In this document: piece by piece, positions 53,146-62,831 of the stretch
Layout of the letters: every line of letters starts with the position of its first letter
How positions within the stretch are numbered: the first letter of the stretch is position 1
Program-made: the position numbers and the translations under genes
Notes under the pieces: generated by a model
What the model was told of the DNA's origin: nothing
The model's input: only the letters and a program-made list of their open reading frames with translations
The model's database searches: none
NCBI RefSeq assembly: GCF_003018255.1
Contig: NZ_CP027440.1
Reading direction: 5' to 3' (one strand)
DNA length: 64,000 nucleotides
Origin: Escherichia coli
GTDB lineage: Bacteria > Pseudomonadota > Gammaproteobacteria > Enterobacterales > Enterobacteriaceae

Positions 53146-54357
53146 ATGTGGCCTTTCAGAAGAAAAAAAGAGCAGCGCAGCATGACGCTTGATAAGTTTA
53201 TGGCGCTGGCTGGCACATCGAACACGGGGGCGGGTGAGTACGTATCATCGGGGACAGCGGAATCACTGCCCGCCGTCATGAACGCCGTGACGGTCATCTC
53301 TGAGGCGGTGGCTACCATGCCGTGTTACCTGTACCTGGTACGCAATGAGAAGGGGAAGGAGGCCCGCGAGTGGCTTGATTCTCATCCGGTCGATCACATC
53401 CTCAACGAGCGCCCGAACGCGTGGCAGACTCCCTACCAGTTTAAGCGAATGATGATCCGCCACTGCCTGTTAAACGGTAATGCTTATGCGGTGATTCAGT
53501 GGGGGCGTGATGGTTTTCCGGTGGCTTTACATCCTTACCCGCCGCAGTCGGTGAACGTGGAGCAGACAGGTGATCATAACTGGCGCTACTGCATCACTGA
53601 CGCCTACACCGGAAACACCCGCAACTATTTACCGTGGGAGGTTCTCCACCTTCGTTACTCCACGGATGACGGTTTTATGGGGCGCTCACCTGTAACCATC
53701 TGCCGCGAATCGCTGGGGCTTGGGCTGGCCCAACAACGCCACGGCGCGAGCGTGATGCGTGATGGCATGATGGCGGCAGGGGTTATCACGTCAGGCGAAT
53801 GGCTGGACGGCGTGAAGGGCAAACAGGCATTAGCCGCACTGGAACGCTACAAAGGGGCCAGAAACGCCGGAAAAACGCCCATCCTTGAAGGGGGGATGAG
53901 CTATCAGCAGCTGGGCATGAGTAATCAGGATGCCGAATGGCTGGCCTCCCGTCGCTTCACCATTGAAGACATCGCCCGAATGTTCAACGTCTCGCCGATT
54001 TTTTTGCAGGAATACAGCAACAGCACCTACAGCAACTTCAGCGAGGCAAGCCGCGCATTTCTCACCATGACGATGCGCCCGTGGCTGGCGAACTTTGAGC
54101 AGCAGATAAAAAACGCCCTGCTGGTGGCCTCGCCTGTACCTGGTATCCGGTATCAGGTGGAGTTTGACAGCGCGGACCTGTTACGGGCCACACCTGGCGA
54201 ACGCTTTGCCACCTATGAACGCGGCATCAAATCCGGCGTTATGTGCCCGAACGAAGCCCGCGAACGTGAAGGGCTGTCCCCGCGTGATGGTGGTGATGAG
54301 TTCAGCCAGGCATGGAAACAGGAAGTAAAAATCAGCGAGGGAGAAAAACCGGAATGA
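53146..54357 (+). CDS. portal protein (HK97 family)
   Basis: 403 aa, follows protease, precedes head-completion genes. Confidence 0.8.
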   Translation: MWPFRRKKEQRSMTLDKFMALAGTSNTGAGEYVSSGTAESLPAVMNAVTVISEAVATMPCYLYLVRNEKGKEAREWLDSHPVDHILNERPNAWQTPYQFKRMMIRHCLLNGNAYAVIQWGRDGFPVALHPYPPQSVNVEQTGDHNWRYCITDAYTGNTRNYLPWEVLHLRYSTDDGFMGRSPVTICRESLGLGLAQQRHGASVMRDGMMAAGVITSGEWLDGVKGKQALAALERYKGARNAGKTPILEGGMSYQQLGMSNQDAEWLASRRFTIEDIARMFNVSPIFLQEYSNSTYSNFSEASRAFLTMTMRPWLANFEQQIKNALLVASPVPGIRYQVEFDSADLLRATPGERFATYERGIKSGVMCPNEAREREGLSPRDGGDEFSQAWKQEVKISEGEKPE

Positions 54358-54692
54358 ACATAGGGCGACTGCGTGACAGGATAACGATTCAGACCCTGAA
54401 ACAGACCAGGGATATAACCGGCGAAATACTCGAAACGTGGGAGGACGGTCACACACTCTGGGCAAGCGTGAACATGGTCAGCAGCAAGGAGGCCATTTCA
54501 TCGGGCGCAGAGCTGGCGATTGGTACCGTAAGGATCTGGATACGGTACCGGAAGGACATCAACGCCACCTGCCGGATAAAGGTCAGTACGGGGCCGCTGG
54601 CGGGGCGTGTACTGAATATCATCGGGCAGCCGCTGCCGGATGCCGCCAGGACACGCCTTGAAATTCTTTGTCGTGAGGGCGCGGAAAAATGA
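54354..54692 (+). CDS. head-tail adaptor / head closure protein
   Basis: start MNIGRLRDRITIQ overlaps portal stop; ..IWIRYR.DI.. pattern. Confidence 0.65.
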   Translation: MNIGRLRDRITIQTLKQTRDITGEILETWEDGHTLWASVNMVSSKEAISSGAELAIGTVRIWIRYRKDINATCRIKVSTGPLAGRVLNIIGQPLPDAARTRLEILCREGAEK

Positions 54693-54985
54693 CAGAAGAA
54701 CTTATCACCCTGGAAGAAGTGAAACTCCATTGCCGCATCGATGGCGACGATGAAGACCAGTTAATCAGCGGATACATTGCCGCATCGCTTGAGGCGTGCC
54801 AGATACACATAGGCAGGCGCTTTGATGACGGGCTGGAGTTCACGCCAGCCATAAAGATTGGCTGCATGATGTTTATCGCTCACCTGTATGAAAATCGCCA
54901 GATTGTCGCGGATAACGCAAAAACACGCGTACCCATGACGATAGGCGCACTCTGGACGGCTTACCGTGATGTGGGGGTGTACTGA
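54689..54985 (+). CDS. gp6-like head-tail connector protein
   Basis: 98 aa; ..ITLEEVKLHCRIDGDDEDQLISGYIAAS.. Confidence 0.65.
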   Translation: MTEELITLEEVKLHCRIDGDDEDQLISGYIAASLEACQIHIGRRFDDGLEFTPAIKIGCMMFIAHLYENRQIVADNAKTRVPMTIGALWTAYRDVGVY

Positions 54986-55425
54986 TGCCGTGGCAACCAT
55001 TAAGACGATGCACAGAACCAGGCTGTAACAGGCGCGTTAAATCCGGCAAGTGTGAGGAGCACAGGCGGGCGGCATGGCGTGCAGAGGATGCCAGACGAGG
55101 ACACCGCCGCGCGCGTGGATATTCCAGACAGTGGGACAAATACCGCGCCATGTATCTGAGTAAAAACCCGTTATGCGTGCGATGCCTTGAGAAGGGGATA
55201 TATACGCCCGCCGTGGTGGTGGATCACATTATCCCGATTAATGGCGGTGATGATGTTCTCTTCTGGCCCGAATGGAACCATCAACCATTGTGCCAGGCGT
55301 GTCATAACCAGAAAACGAAATGGCTTGATCCGGCAACAAAAAGCAAGCGTGCCGCAGGTGGATTTCGTGAAGAGGAAGAACGGGCTGCTAACCGCAATAA
55401 CTGGATGTATGACGCTGATGAATGA
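54985..55425 (+). CDS. HNH endonuclease (packaging-associated)
   Basis: Cys-rich zinc motifs and ..VVDHIIPINGG..NHQPLCQACHNQKT.. HNH core, next to terminase. Confidence 0.85.
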   Translation: MPWQPLRRCTEPGCNRRVKSGKCEEHRRAAWRAEDARRGHRRARGYSRQWDKYRAMYLSKNPLCVRCLEKGIYTPAVVVDHIIPINGGDDVLFWPEWNHQPLCQACHNQKTKWLDPATKSKRAAGGFREEEERAANRNNWMYDADE

Positions 55426-55591
55426 GCGGGAACAAAACCGCCTTATCCGTGGACTTATAAGGCAGCGTGACGCATGGAAGACACAGGAAACAGGGCATAA
55501 AGATAAAGCGTCAGGACGCGCAGAACGCATCACAGCGAAGCGATTAACCGACCGTGACCGCGAGGTTATGGAATGTTTCCGCAATCGCTGA
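55409..55591 (+). CDS. possible small ORF overlapping HNH 3' end
   Basis: 60 aa basic peptide (MTLMNEREQNRLIRGL...), no recognisable domain. Confidence 0.2.
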   Translation: MTLMNEREQNRLIRGLIRQRDAWKTQETGHKDKASGRAERITAKRLTDRDREVMECFRNR

Positions 55592-55713
55592 TGAGGCTGT
55601 ATGACGGGGTGGGGGGCGTTTTCAGGACAAACCCGACCCCGCCGGGCACCGAACGCCTCCTCAAATTTTTATGCACGGGAATTTTTTGAAAAATAATCTG
55701 GCGAAAAATAAGC

Positions 55714-56070
55714 ATGGCAAGACCACCGAAAGCCCCCGCCTACCTGGATGATATCGCCGTGAAGCAGTGGCGGGAAAAATCTAGGCAGCTTGCGGAACGG
55801 GGAGACCTGACCCCCGCCGACTGGAGCAATCTGGAACTGTATTGTGTCAACTACTCCATTTACCGGAAAGCCGTTGCAGACCTTGCGGCGCGCGGGTTCA
55901 GCATTGTTAACAGTCAGGGCGGCGAGAGCAGAAACCCCGCATTAAGCGCAAAATCCGACGCTGAAAGAGTGATGATAAAAATGGCCTCTTTGCTCGGTTT
56001 TGACCCGATAAGCCGCCGTAAAAATCCACCGGAAACAGAAGAAGAGGACGAGCTTGACCGCCTGGAATAA
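55714..56070 (+). CDS. terminase small subunit (P27-like)
   Basis: 118 aa; ..DLTPADWSNLELYCVNYSIY..LLGFDPISRRK.. fits P27-family TerS. Confidence 0.7.
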   Translation: MARPPKAPAYLDDIAVKQWREKSRQLAERGDLTPADWSNLELYCVNYSIYRKAVADLAARGFSIVNSQGGESRNPALSAKSDAERVMIKMASLLGFDPISRRKNPPETEEEDELDRLE

Positions 56071-57715
56071 GTACGCAGAAGACGTAAAAACGGGCAAAAT
56101 TCCGGCCTGTAAACGGCTGAAACAGGCCGTTAAACGGTACTTTTCGGACCTTGAAAGCCCCCTTTACACGTTCGATCGTGAGGTTGTGGAGCGGTTTATT
56201 GCCTTTTCCAGGGTGTGCCCGCACGTAAAAGGGCCGATGCGTGGCAGACCCATTGAGCTGGAGCCGTGGCAGCAGTTCGCCTTTGCGTGCATCCTCGGCT
56301 TTAAGGTTAAGGCCACCGGACGGCGCAAATACACGAGCGCCTTTATCGAAGTGCCGCGCAAAAATGCGAAATCCACGACCGCCGCGATTCTGGCTAACTG
56401 GTTTCTGATTATGGAGAACGGGCAGCAGGATATTTACACCGCAGCGGTGAGCCGTGACCAGGCGCGGATCGTTTTTGATGATGCGCGTCAGATGTGCCTT
56501 TTATCCCGACCGTTACGCAGGCGGGTGAATATTCAGGCCCACAAGGTGATGCACCCGAAAAGCAACAGCCTGTTAAAGCCGCTGGCAGCAAAAGCGGCAA
56601 CCATCGAGGGAACAAACCCCAGCCTTTCCATCGTGGACGAATACCACCTACACCCCGATAACGGCGTTTATTCCGCGCTTGAGCTGGGGATGGGCGCACG
56701 TCCCGAAGGGCTGTTATTTGCCATTACCACATCGGGCAGTAACGTCGTTTCAACCTGTAAACAGCACTATGATTATTGCTGCCAGATCCTGGACGGCGAA
56801 GAGGTCAACGATTCAATTTTTGTGCTGATTTACGAGCTGGACGACGAAAACGAGGTTGATGATCCGGCGATGTGGATAAAGGCTAACCCTAACATCGATG
56901 TTTCCGTGGATCGTGAAAAACTGGCCTCAACCATCCAGAAAGCGCGGGGTATTCCGTCGCAATGGGTGGAGATGATGACAAAGCGATTTAATATCTGGTG
57001 CCAGGGGGCTACCCCGTGGATGGGTAACGGCGCATGGGCTGAGTGTGCCGGAACGTTCACGGAGGAAGATTTACACGGGCAGGAGTGTTACGCGGGGCTG
57101 GACTTATCATCAACCAGCGATATTTCCAGCGTGTGCTATGCCTTTCCGGTCGGTAAAAATATCATGCTGGTTTCCCGTCATTATCTGCCGGAGTTCCAGC
57201 TACAGAACCCCGCCAATAAAAACCGCGCTGTCTATCGCCAGTGGGCTAAAGCGGGCTGGATACGCACAACGCCAGGTGACTGCATTGATTACGACCGGAT
57301 CAGAGATGACATCATGCAGGATGCGGAGAAATTTAATATCAGGCTGGTGGGCTTTGATACGTGGAACGCCACGCATCTCAGGACGCAATTACAGGGGGCT
57401 GGTTTTGAGGTGGAGCCGTTCCCGCAAACCTACCTCAGATTCAGTCCGGCGGCGAAATCGTTCGAAGTTTTTGTTAACCGCAGGGTGATTGTGCATCGTG
57501 GCGATCCGGTGTTGTCCTGGTCGATGAGTAACGTCGTGATGCAGAGTGACGCGAACGCCAATATCAAGCCGAACAAGAAAAAATCACCGAACAAGATAGA
57601 CCCGAGCGTAGCGGCGCTGATGGCGTTTGGTACATTCCAGGCAGAGCATGAGGATTTTGCTTTTGATATAAGCGACAGCCACCGCCAGAAACTGGAAGAA
57701 TTTAGCGGGGTGTAA
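56054..57715 (+). CDS. terminase large subunit
   Basis: 553 aa, ATPase N-terminus and nuclease C-terminus, overlaps terS. Confidence 0.9.
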   Translation: MTAWNKYAEDVKTGKIPACKRLKQAVKRYFSDLESPLYTFDREVVERFIAFSRVCPHVKGPMRGRPIELEPWQQFAFACILGFKVKATGRRKYTSAFIEVPRKNAKSTTAAILANWFLIMENGQQDIYTAAVSRDQARIVFDDARQMCLLSRPLRRRVNIQAHKVMHPKSNSLLKPLAAKAATIEGTNPSLSIVDEYHLHPDNGVYSALELGMGARPEGLLFAITTSGSNVVSTCKQHYDYCCQILDGEEVNDSIFVLIYELDDENEVDDPAMWIKANPNIDVSVDREKLASTIQKARGIPSQWVEMMTKRFNIWCQGATPWMGNGAWAECAGTFTEEDLHGQECYAGLDLSSTSDISSVCYAFPVGKNIMLVSRHYLPEFQLQNPANKNRAVYRQWAKAGWIRTTPGDCIDYDRIRDDIMQDAEKFNIRLVGFDTWNATHLRTQLQGAGFEVEPFPQTYLRFSPAAKSFEVFVNRRVIVHRGDPVLSWSMSNVVMQSDANANIKPNKKKSPNKIDPSVAALMAFGTFQAEHEDFAFDISDSHRQKLEEFSGV

Positions 57716-57728
57716 TGAGGTCAGCAGC

Positions 57729-58010
57729 ATGACAGAAGCCGAAATACTGCGATTAATCCGCCGCGTCTCTGGAATCAGCCAGCAGGCTGACGAACAGACC
57801 ACGCAGCCGGACAGCGTGACAGCCGAAAATTATGCGCGTGTTGTTGCTGAGGTGATGCGCCGTGATGGTATCCAGCTTAATGATGCGGATATGCGCGACA
57901 TACGGATCCGCGTTCTTGAAATGCTGGCCTACAATCGCCGTGTAGAGATGTACAGGGAGAAAGAGAAAATTACGTACAACTGGAAGAAGCCGGAGCGGTT
58001 ACGGCGGTAA
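57729..58010 (+). CDS. hypothetical protein, last gene of island
   Basis: 93 aa ORF right after terL. Confidence 0.35.
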   Translation: MTEAEILRLIRRVSGISQQADEQTTQPDSVTAENYARVVAEVMRRDGIQLNDADMRDIRIRVLEMLAYNRRVEMYREKEKITYNWKKPERLRR

Positions 58011-58413
58011 CGTGTTGATTTAAAGGCGGCTCAATTTTGAGCCTCGTAACTGGTTGATATTTCCGGCAACCTCAATTTGAGGAGAGCGGAAACATCATCC
58101 CTCACATTCTGAATGGTCATAATGACCACGCAGGCCATCGAGGCAACCATAGCGATCATCGTTACGGTTGGAGCTTTCCGCCATTGGTGGAAAAGGTGCA
58201 CATCTGGATCATCATTACGGTGATCAAGGGTATGTAAAACCCACCAGCCTGATTAAAGGTTAACCGGAAAAAAAATCCGGTAGCCCCGTTATGGGGATCC
58301 CCATATCGACATTAACGCCCCTCATGAATTGGTGCGCTTCCCCCTGGAAAGATTACCCGCCTGTATATTTCTTGTGTCTATTTGTTCCACGTTGTTTCAT
58401 ACAGTGCACCGAA

Positions 58414-58439
58414 CGGTGTAGTTAATGGTGTAGTCAATT
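58414..58439 (+). repeat. 26-bp direct repeat, right copy (candidate Int arm-type site)
   Basis: identical to 44454-44479. Confidence 0.55.
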
Positions 58440-58512
58440 TGCGATTTTTGGCACTTTTTGTAGTGCGGGTTATTTAATTAAATCAATGTGTTATTGAAAA
58501 TAAGTTATAGAT

Positions 58513-58519
58513 ATATCCC
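58513..58519. repeat. attR core (ATATCCC) carrying native allE RBS and ATG
   Basis: minus strand reads TAA(allC stop)-GGAG-N8-ATG GGA TAT then island sequence. Confidence 0.6.
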
Positions 58520-58531
58520 ATTTATAACTCC

Positions 58532-59767
58532 TTATTTCTGCCAGGCAAGTTGATAAAGCATGAGTGCCAACGTTTTGACCCCTTCGGCAAGGTCGGTAAT
58601 ATTGGTGCGTTCCGCCGGGTTATGGCTGATCCCGTTGATGCTGGGAATGAAAATCATGCAGGTCGGCACGCGAGGCGCGAAAATTTGCGCGTCGTGCCCG
58701 GCACCACTGTGCATTACCCGGTAGTTCTGTTTTTCACTTTCACACAATTCTGTCAGGGTGGCGACCAGCTCCTTATTCATCGGCACGGGTTCTTCGTCCA
58801 TCCATAAATCGATATCAATACCAATGTCCATTTCATCGCAAATCGCCCGCATGTCGTTTTCTAACTGCTGGGTGAAATCGCGCAGCACGGCAGCGTCGGT
58901 ATGACGACAATCAATGGTGAACGTGGTTTTACCCGGTACCACATTCACCGTATTCGGACGCGGCTCCACCTTGCCAAAGGTAAGCACCAGCGGGTCGCCC
59001 ATCTTTTTCGCTTTTTCGATCGACTGATGGCAAATGCGACTGAAAGCGTAAACCGTATCACGACGATAACCCATCGGCGTGGTGCCTGCATGGTTTGATT
59101 CGCCGTTCAGCGTCACCGTATAACGACGCTGCCCGACAATTGCATTCACCACGCCAATTGACTGCCCATTACTTTCCAGCACACAGCCCTGTTCGATATG
59201 CAGTTCGACAAAGGCTTTAATATCCTGACGCGGAGTTAGTGGGGCGTTCGGCAGAGTAAATCCGCAAGCCTTCATCGCATCGACAAAACTATTTCCTTTG
59301 GCATCACAGATATTCCGCACGTCGTCAGGATTCGCCAGCCCAAAGATATTTTTACTGCCCCAGAAGACATACGGGAAGCGGCTGCCTTCTTCTTCTGCCA
59401 TCGCCACCACTTCGACCGTACGTAACGGCGCGCCGTATTGCGTTTTCAGCCAGTCAATTGCCAGCCACGCCGCCAGCGCACCGAATTGCCCGTCGAGGTT
59501 ACCGCCGTTAACCACGGTATCGATATGCGAACCGCTCAGAACCACTTCCTGTGGATATTCGGTGCCACTCAGGCGACCGTATAAATTCCCCACTTCATCG
59601 AAACGTGTTTCCAGCCCGCTTGCTGCCATTCTTTTTTTAAACTGCTGCTGAGTTTCCAGCCATTCCGGCGAATAAAGTAAACGGGTCATCCCACCCGCTG
59701 GGTCAGCGCCAAAAGAGGAAAGCCAGGGCAGCGTTTCTTCTATGGCTTGACGGAAATGTGTAATCAT
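58532..59767 (-). CDS. allC: allantoate amidohydrolase
   Basis: M20-family peptidase-like; start moved to MITHFRQ giving 411 aa. Confidence 0.9.
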   Translation of the reverse strand: MITHFRQAIEETLPWLSSFGADPAGGMTRLLYSPEWLETQQQFKKRMAASGLETRFDEVGNLYGRLSGTEYPQEVVLSGSHIDTVVNGGNLDGQFGALAAWLAIDWLKTQYGAPLRTVEVVAMAEEEGSRFPYVFWGSKNIFGLANPDDVRNICDAKGNSFVDAMKACGFTLPNAPLTPRQDIKAFVELHIEQGCVLESNGQSIGVVNAIVGQRRYTVTLNGESNHAGTTPMGYRRDTVYAFSRICHQSIEKAKKMGDPLVLTFGKVEPRPNTVNVVPGKTTFTIDCRHTDAAVLRDFTQQLENDMRAICDEMDIGIDIDLWMDEEPVPMNKELVATLTELCESEKQNYRVMHSGAGHDAQIFAPRVPTCMIFIPSINGISHNPAERTNITDLAEGVKTLALMLYQLAWQK

Positions 59768-59788
59768 AAGAAAGTCCTGTCTCAATAA

Positions 59789-60838
59789 TTATTGCGCAAA
59801 GGGATTTTTCGTTTCGTATGACGTGTTATAAAGCGCGTCGGAAATTAAATACTGGTAAATATCATCAACAATTTCGATGCCTTCGACGGCGGCTTTGCGT
59901 TGTTTAATATCCTGATCCTGTCCGGGATAATAAACCTGATTAAAACCGGGCGCGGGGGTAATGGCATTTAATTCGCGCATGGTCTGGCTAAGATGTTGAC
60001 GGAATAATTCGCTGGAGGAGAAAAAGTTCGGATTAATAACGATATGTAATTGCCCCAAATTACGCCCGGCGTGTAAATCGTCATACATCGAACTAACCTG
60101 TCGCCCGAACGGTAAGCCGAGTAAGACGCCTGAGAGGACGTCAATCATCATCATCAGGCCATACCCTTTCGGTCCGGCGGCAGGGAGCAGGGCGTTAACT
60201 GCAAATGGATCGGTTGTTGGTGCTCCGTTTTTATCGACCGCCCAGGTATCCGGGATAGACATATTACGCGAGCGGGCGTCGAGCACTTTTCCCCATGCCT
60301 GTACGGTAGTCGCCATATCAAAGGTAAGGATCTCGTCGCCTTCTCCCGGCGCGGCAAAGGTCAGTGGGTTAGTACCGTAGTAAATTTCCGCGCCGCCAAA
60401 CGGCACCACCATTGGATCGGACTGGCACATCGAAATGCCAATTAACCCGGCGCGAGCTGCCTGCTGCACAAAATAAGAGATTGCGCCGCTGTGACCCATC
60501 CGGCTGATACCGACCACCGCAACGCCATTTTGCTGGGCGGTTTTGATGGCATGTTCCATACCCATTTTCGCCGCGACCTGTCCGGCGGCATTGTCGGCAT
60601 GTAAAATTGCCGAGCACGGCCCGGTTTCCTCAAGACGAAACTCCGGTTCGCGGTTGGTGCCGCCTTTTGAAATGCGTTCCGCGTAGTATTCCACGCGCAC
60701 CGCGCCATGAGAGTGGATCCCTCTGGCATCGGCGTAAACCAATACTTCAGCCACGGTTGCAGCGTGCTCACGTTTTAACCCAGCCTGGCAGAGTTTATTC
60801 TCAATTAGCTGGTGGAGTGTTTCCCGACTGATTTTCAT
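59789..60838 (-). CDS. allD: ureidoglycolate dehydrogenase
   Basis: 349 aa, upstream of allC in same operon. Confidence 0.9.
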   Translation of the reverse strand: MKISRETLHQLIENKLCQAGLKREHAATVAEVLVYADARGIHSHGAVRVEYYAERISKGGTNREPEFRLEETGPCSAILHADNAAGQVAAKMGMEHAIKTAQQNGVAVVGISRMGHSGAISYFVQQAARAGLIGISMCQSDPMVVPFGGAEIYYGTNPLTFAAPGEGDEILTFDMATTVQAWGKVLDARSRNMSIPDTWAVDKNGAPTTDPFAVNALLPAAGPKGYGLMMMIDVLSGVLLGLPFGRQVSSMYDDLHAGRNLGQLHIVINPNFFSSSELFRQHLSQTMRELNAITPAPGFNQVYYPGQDQDIKQRKAAVEGIEIVDDIYQYLISDALYNTSYETKNPFAQ

Positions 60839-61154
60839 CTGTCTTCCTTTTTAACGACGGTGTGAAGCATGACTGCAATTAACATACAGGGAAAATATCT
60901 GGATTATGTGATCCAGACAGGCAAAAAAATATAGTTAGAATTTATTTGATAATCCGCTCGCTTTTAACCTAGTTTTTAAAACAACCACGCTTATTAAAAA
61001 ATAACACGTAATAGCATGGCGGTTATTTGAATTCTTTTGTTAATAATCCCTGTGTGATATTCATCACCTTATTTACTCGTTGTCATCGATACCGTAATCG
61101 CCACATTAACACTGCTCGTGCAATTGCCATGGGTGCAATTTTTAAGGAGTTGTT

Positions 61155-62822
61155 ATGATCCACGCCTTTATTAAAAAAGGGTGTTTTCAGGATTCGGTCA
61201 GTTTAATGATTATTTCACGAAAACTCAGCGAATCAGAAAATGTTGATGATGTTTCCGTAATGATGGGTACGCCCGCCAATAAAGCGTTATTAGATACCAC
61301 AGGTTTCTGGCATGACGATTTTAATAACGCCACGCCGAACGATATTTGCGTGGCAATTCGTAGCGAAGCGGCGGATGCGGGGATCGCGCAGGCGATTATG
61401 CAGCAGCTTGAAGAGGCGCTAAAACAACTGGCGCAGGGGTCAGCCAGCAGCCAGGCGTTGACGCAGGTGCGCCGCTGGGACAGTGCCTGTCAGAAATTAC
61501 CCGATGCCAATCTGGCGCTGATTTCAGTGGCTGGTGAGTATGCGGCGGAGCTGGCGAACCAGGCGCTGGATCGCAACCTCAACGTGATGATGTTCTCCGA
61601 TAACGTCACGCTGGAAGATGAAATCCAACTTAAAACCCGCGCGCGGGAAAAAGGCTTGCTGGTGATGGGGCCGGACTGCGGTACGTCGATGATTGCCGGC
61701 ACGCCGCTGGCTTTTGCTAACGTGATACCGGAAGGCAACATTGGCGTCATTGGCGCTTCCGGTACCGGGATTCAGGAGCTGTGCTCACAGATTGCGCTGG
61801 CAGGGGAGGGAATTACTCACGCGATTGGCCTTGGCGGGCGCGACCTCAGCCGTGAAGTGGGCGGCATCAGTGCGCTGACGGCGCTGGAAATGCTCAGTGC
61901 AGACGAGAAAAGCGAAGTGCTGGCATTTGTTTCAAAACCACCTGCCGAAGCGGTGCGTCTGAAAATTGTTAATGCCATGAAAGCAACTGGCAAACCGACG
62001 GTGGCGCTGTTTTTAGGTTATACCCCGGCGGTGGCCCGCGACGAGAATGTCTGGTTTGCCTCCTCGCTGGATGAGGCCGCTCGTCTGGCTTGTCTGCTTT
62101 CACGCGTCACTGCGCGACGTAACGCGATAGCGCCTGTCAGCAGCGGATTTATTTGCGGTTTGTATACCGGCGGTACGCTGGCTGCTGAAGCTGCGGGATT
62201 ACTTGCCGGACACCTTGGCGTGGAAGCCGACGATACCCATCAACATGGCATGATGCTGGACGCCGACGGACATCAGATCCTCGACCTGGGCGATGATTTT
62301 TACACCGTCGGGCGTCCCCATCCGATGATCGACCCGACCTTACGCAACCTGTTAATTGCCGATCTCGGCGCTAAACCGCAAGTGCGCGTGTTGCTGCTTG
62401 ATGTCGTGATTGGCTTCGGTGCGACCGCCGATCCTGCCGCCTCGCTGGTGAGCGCCTGGCAAAAAGCCTGTGCCGCGCGTTCAGACAATCAACCACTGTA
62501 TGCCATTGCCACGGTGACAGGCACTGAACGTGACCCGCAATGCCGCGCGCAGCAAATCGCCACGCTGGAAGATGCGGGGATCGCGGTAGTGAGTTCGCTA
62601 CCGGAAGCCACCTTGCTGGCTGCGGCGTTAATTCATCCGCTCTCGTCAGCCACACAGCAACACACACCGTCATTACTGGAAAACGTCGCCGTGATTAACA
62701 TCGGATTATGCAGCTTTGCGCTGGAGCTACAAAGCGCCAGCAAACCGGTTGTGCATTACCAATGGTCGCCAGTCGCCGGCGGCAATAAAAAACTGGCTCG
62801 TTTATTAGAACGTTTGCAATAA
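61155..62822 (+). CDS. fdrA: FdrA protein (acyl-CoA synthetase-like fold)
   Basis: 555 aa, conserved position after allD. Confidence 0.85.
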   Translation: MIHAFIKKGCFQDSVSLMIISRKLSESENVDDVSVMMGTPANKALLDTTGFWHDDFNNATPNDICVAIRSEAADAGIAQAIMQQLEEALKQLAQGSASSQALTQVRRWDSACQKLPDANLALISVAGEYAAELANQALDRNLNVMMFSDNVTLEDEIQLKTRAREKGLLVMGPDCGTSMIAGTPLAFANVIPEGNIGVIGASGTGIQELCSQIALAGEGITHAIGLGGRDLSREVGGISALTALEMLSADEKSEVLAFVSKPPAEAVRLKIVNAMKATGKPTVALFLGYTPAVARDENVWFASSLDEAARLACLLSRVTARRNAIAPVSSGFICGLYTGGTLAAEAAGLLAGHLGVEADDTHQHGMMLDADGHQILDLGDDFYTVGRPHPMIDPTLRNLLIADLGAKPQVRVLLLDVVIGFGATADPAASLVSAWQKACAARSDNQPLYAIATVTGTERDPQCRAQQIATLEDAGIAVVSSLPEATLLAAALIHPLSSATQQHTPSLLENVAVINIGLCSFALELQSASKPVVHYQWSPVAGGNKKLARLLERLQ

Positions 62823-62831
62823 GGGGTTCCC

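Larger units (their letters stand above)
44320..58519 (+). mobile_element. integrated ~14.2 kb phage satellite with cf-PICI-like architecture
   Basis: int at one end, AlpA, primase-helicase, iterons, HK97-type capsid/protease/portal/connectors/HNH/TerS/TerL, no tail or lysis genes; 7-bp core duplicated at both junctions. Confidence 0.8.

Noticed and set aside
55171-55584. 137-aa minus-strand ORF antisense to HNH and the terminase leader
   Set aside because: Would be antisense within a co-directional packaging operon; no recognisable features.
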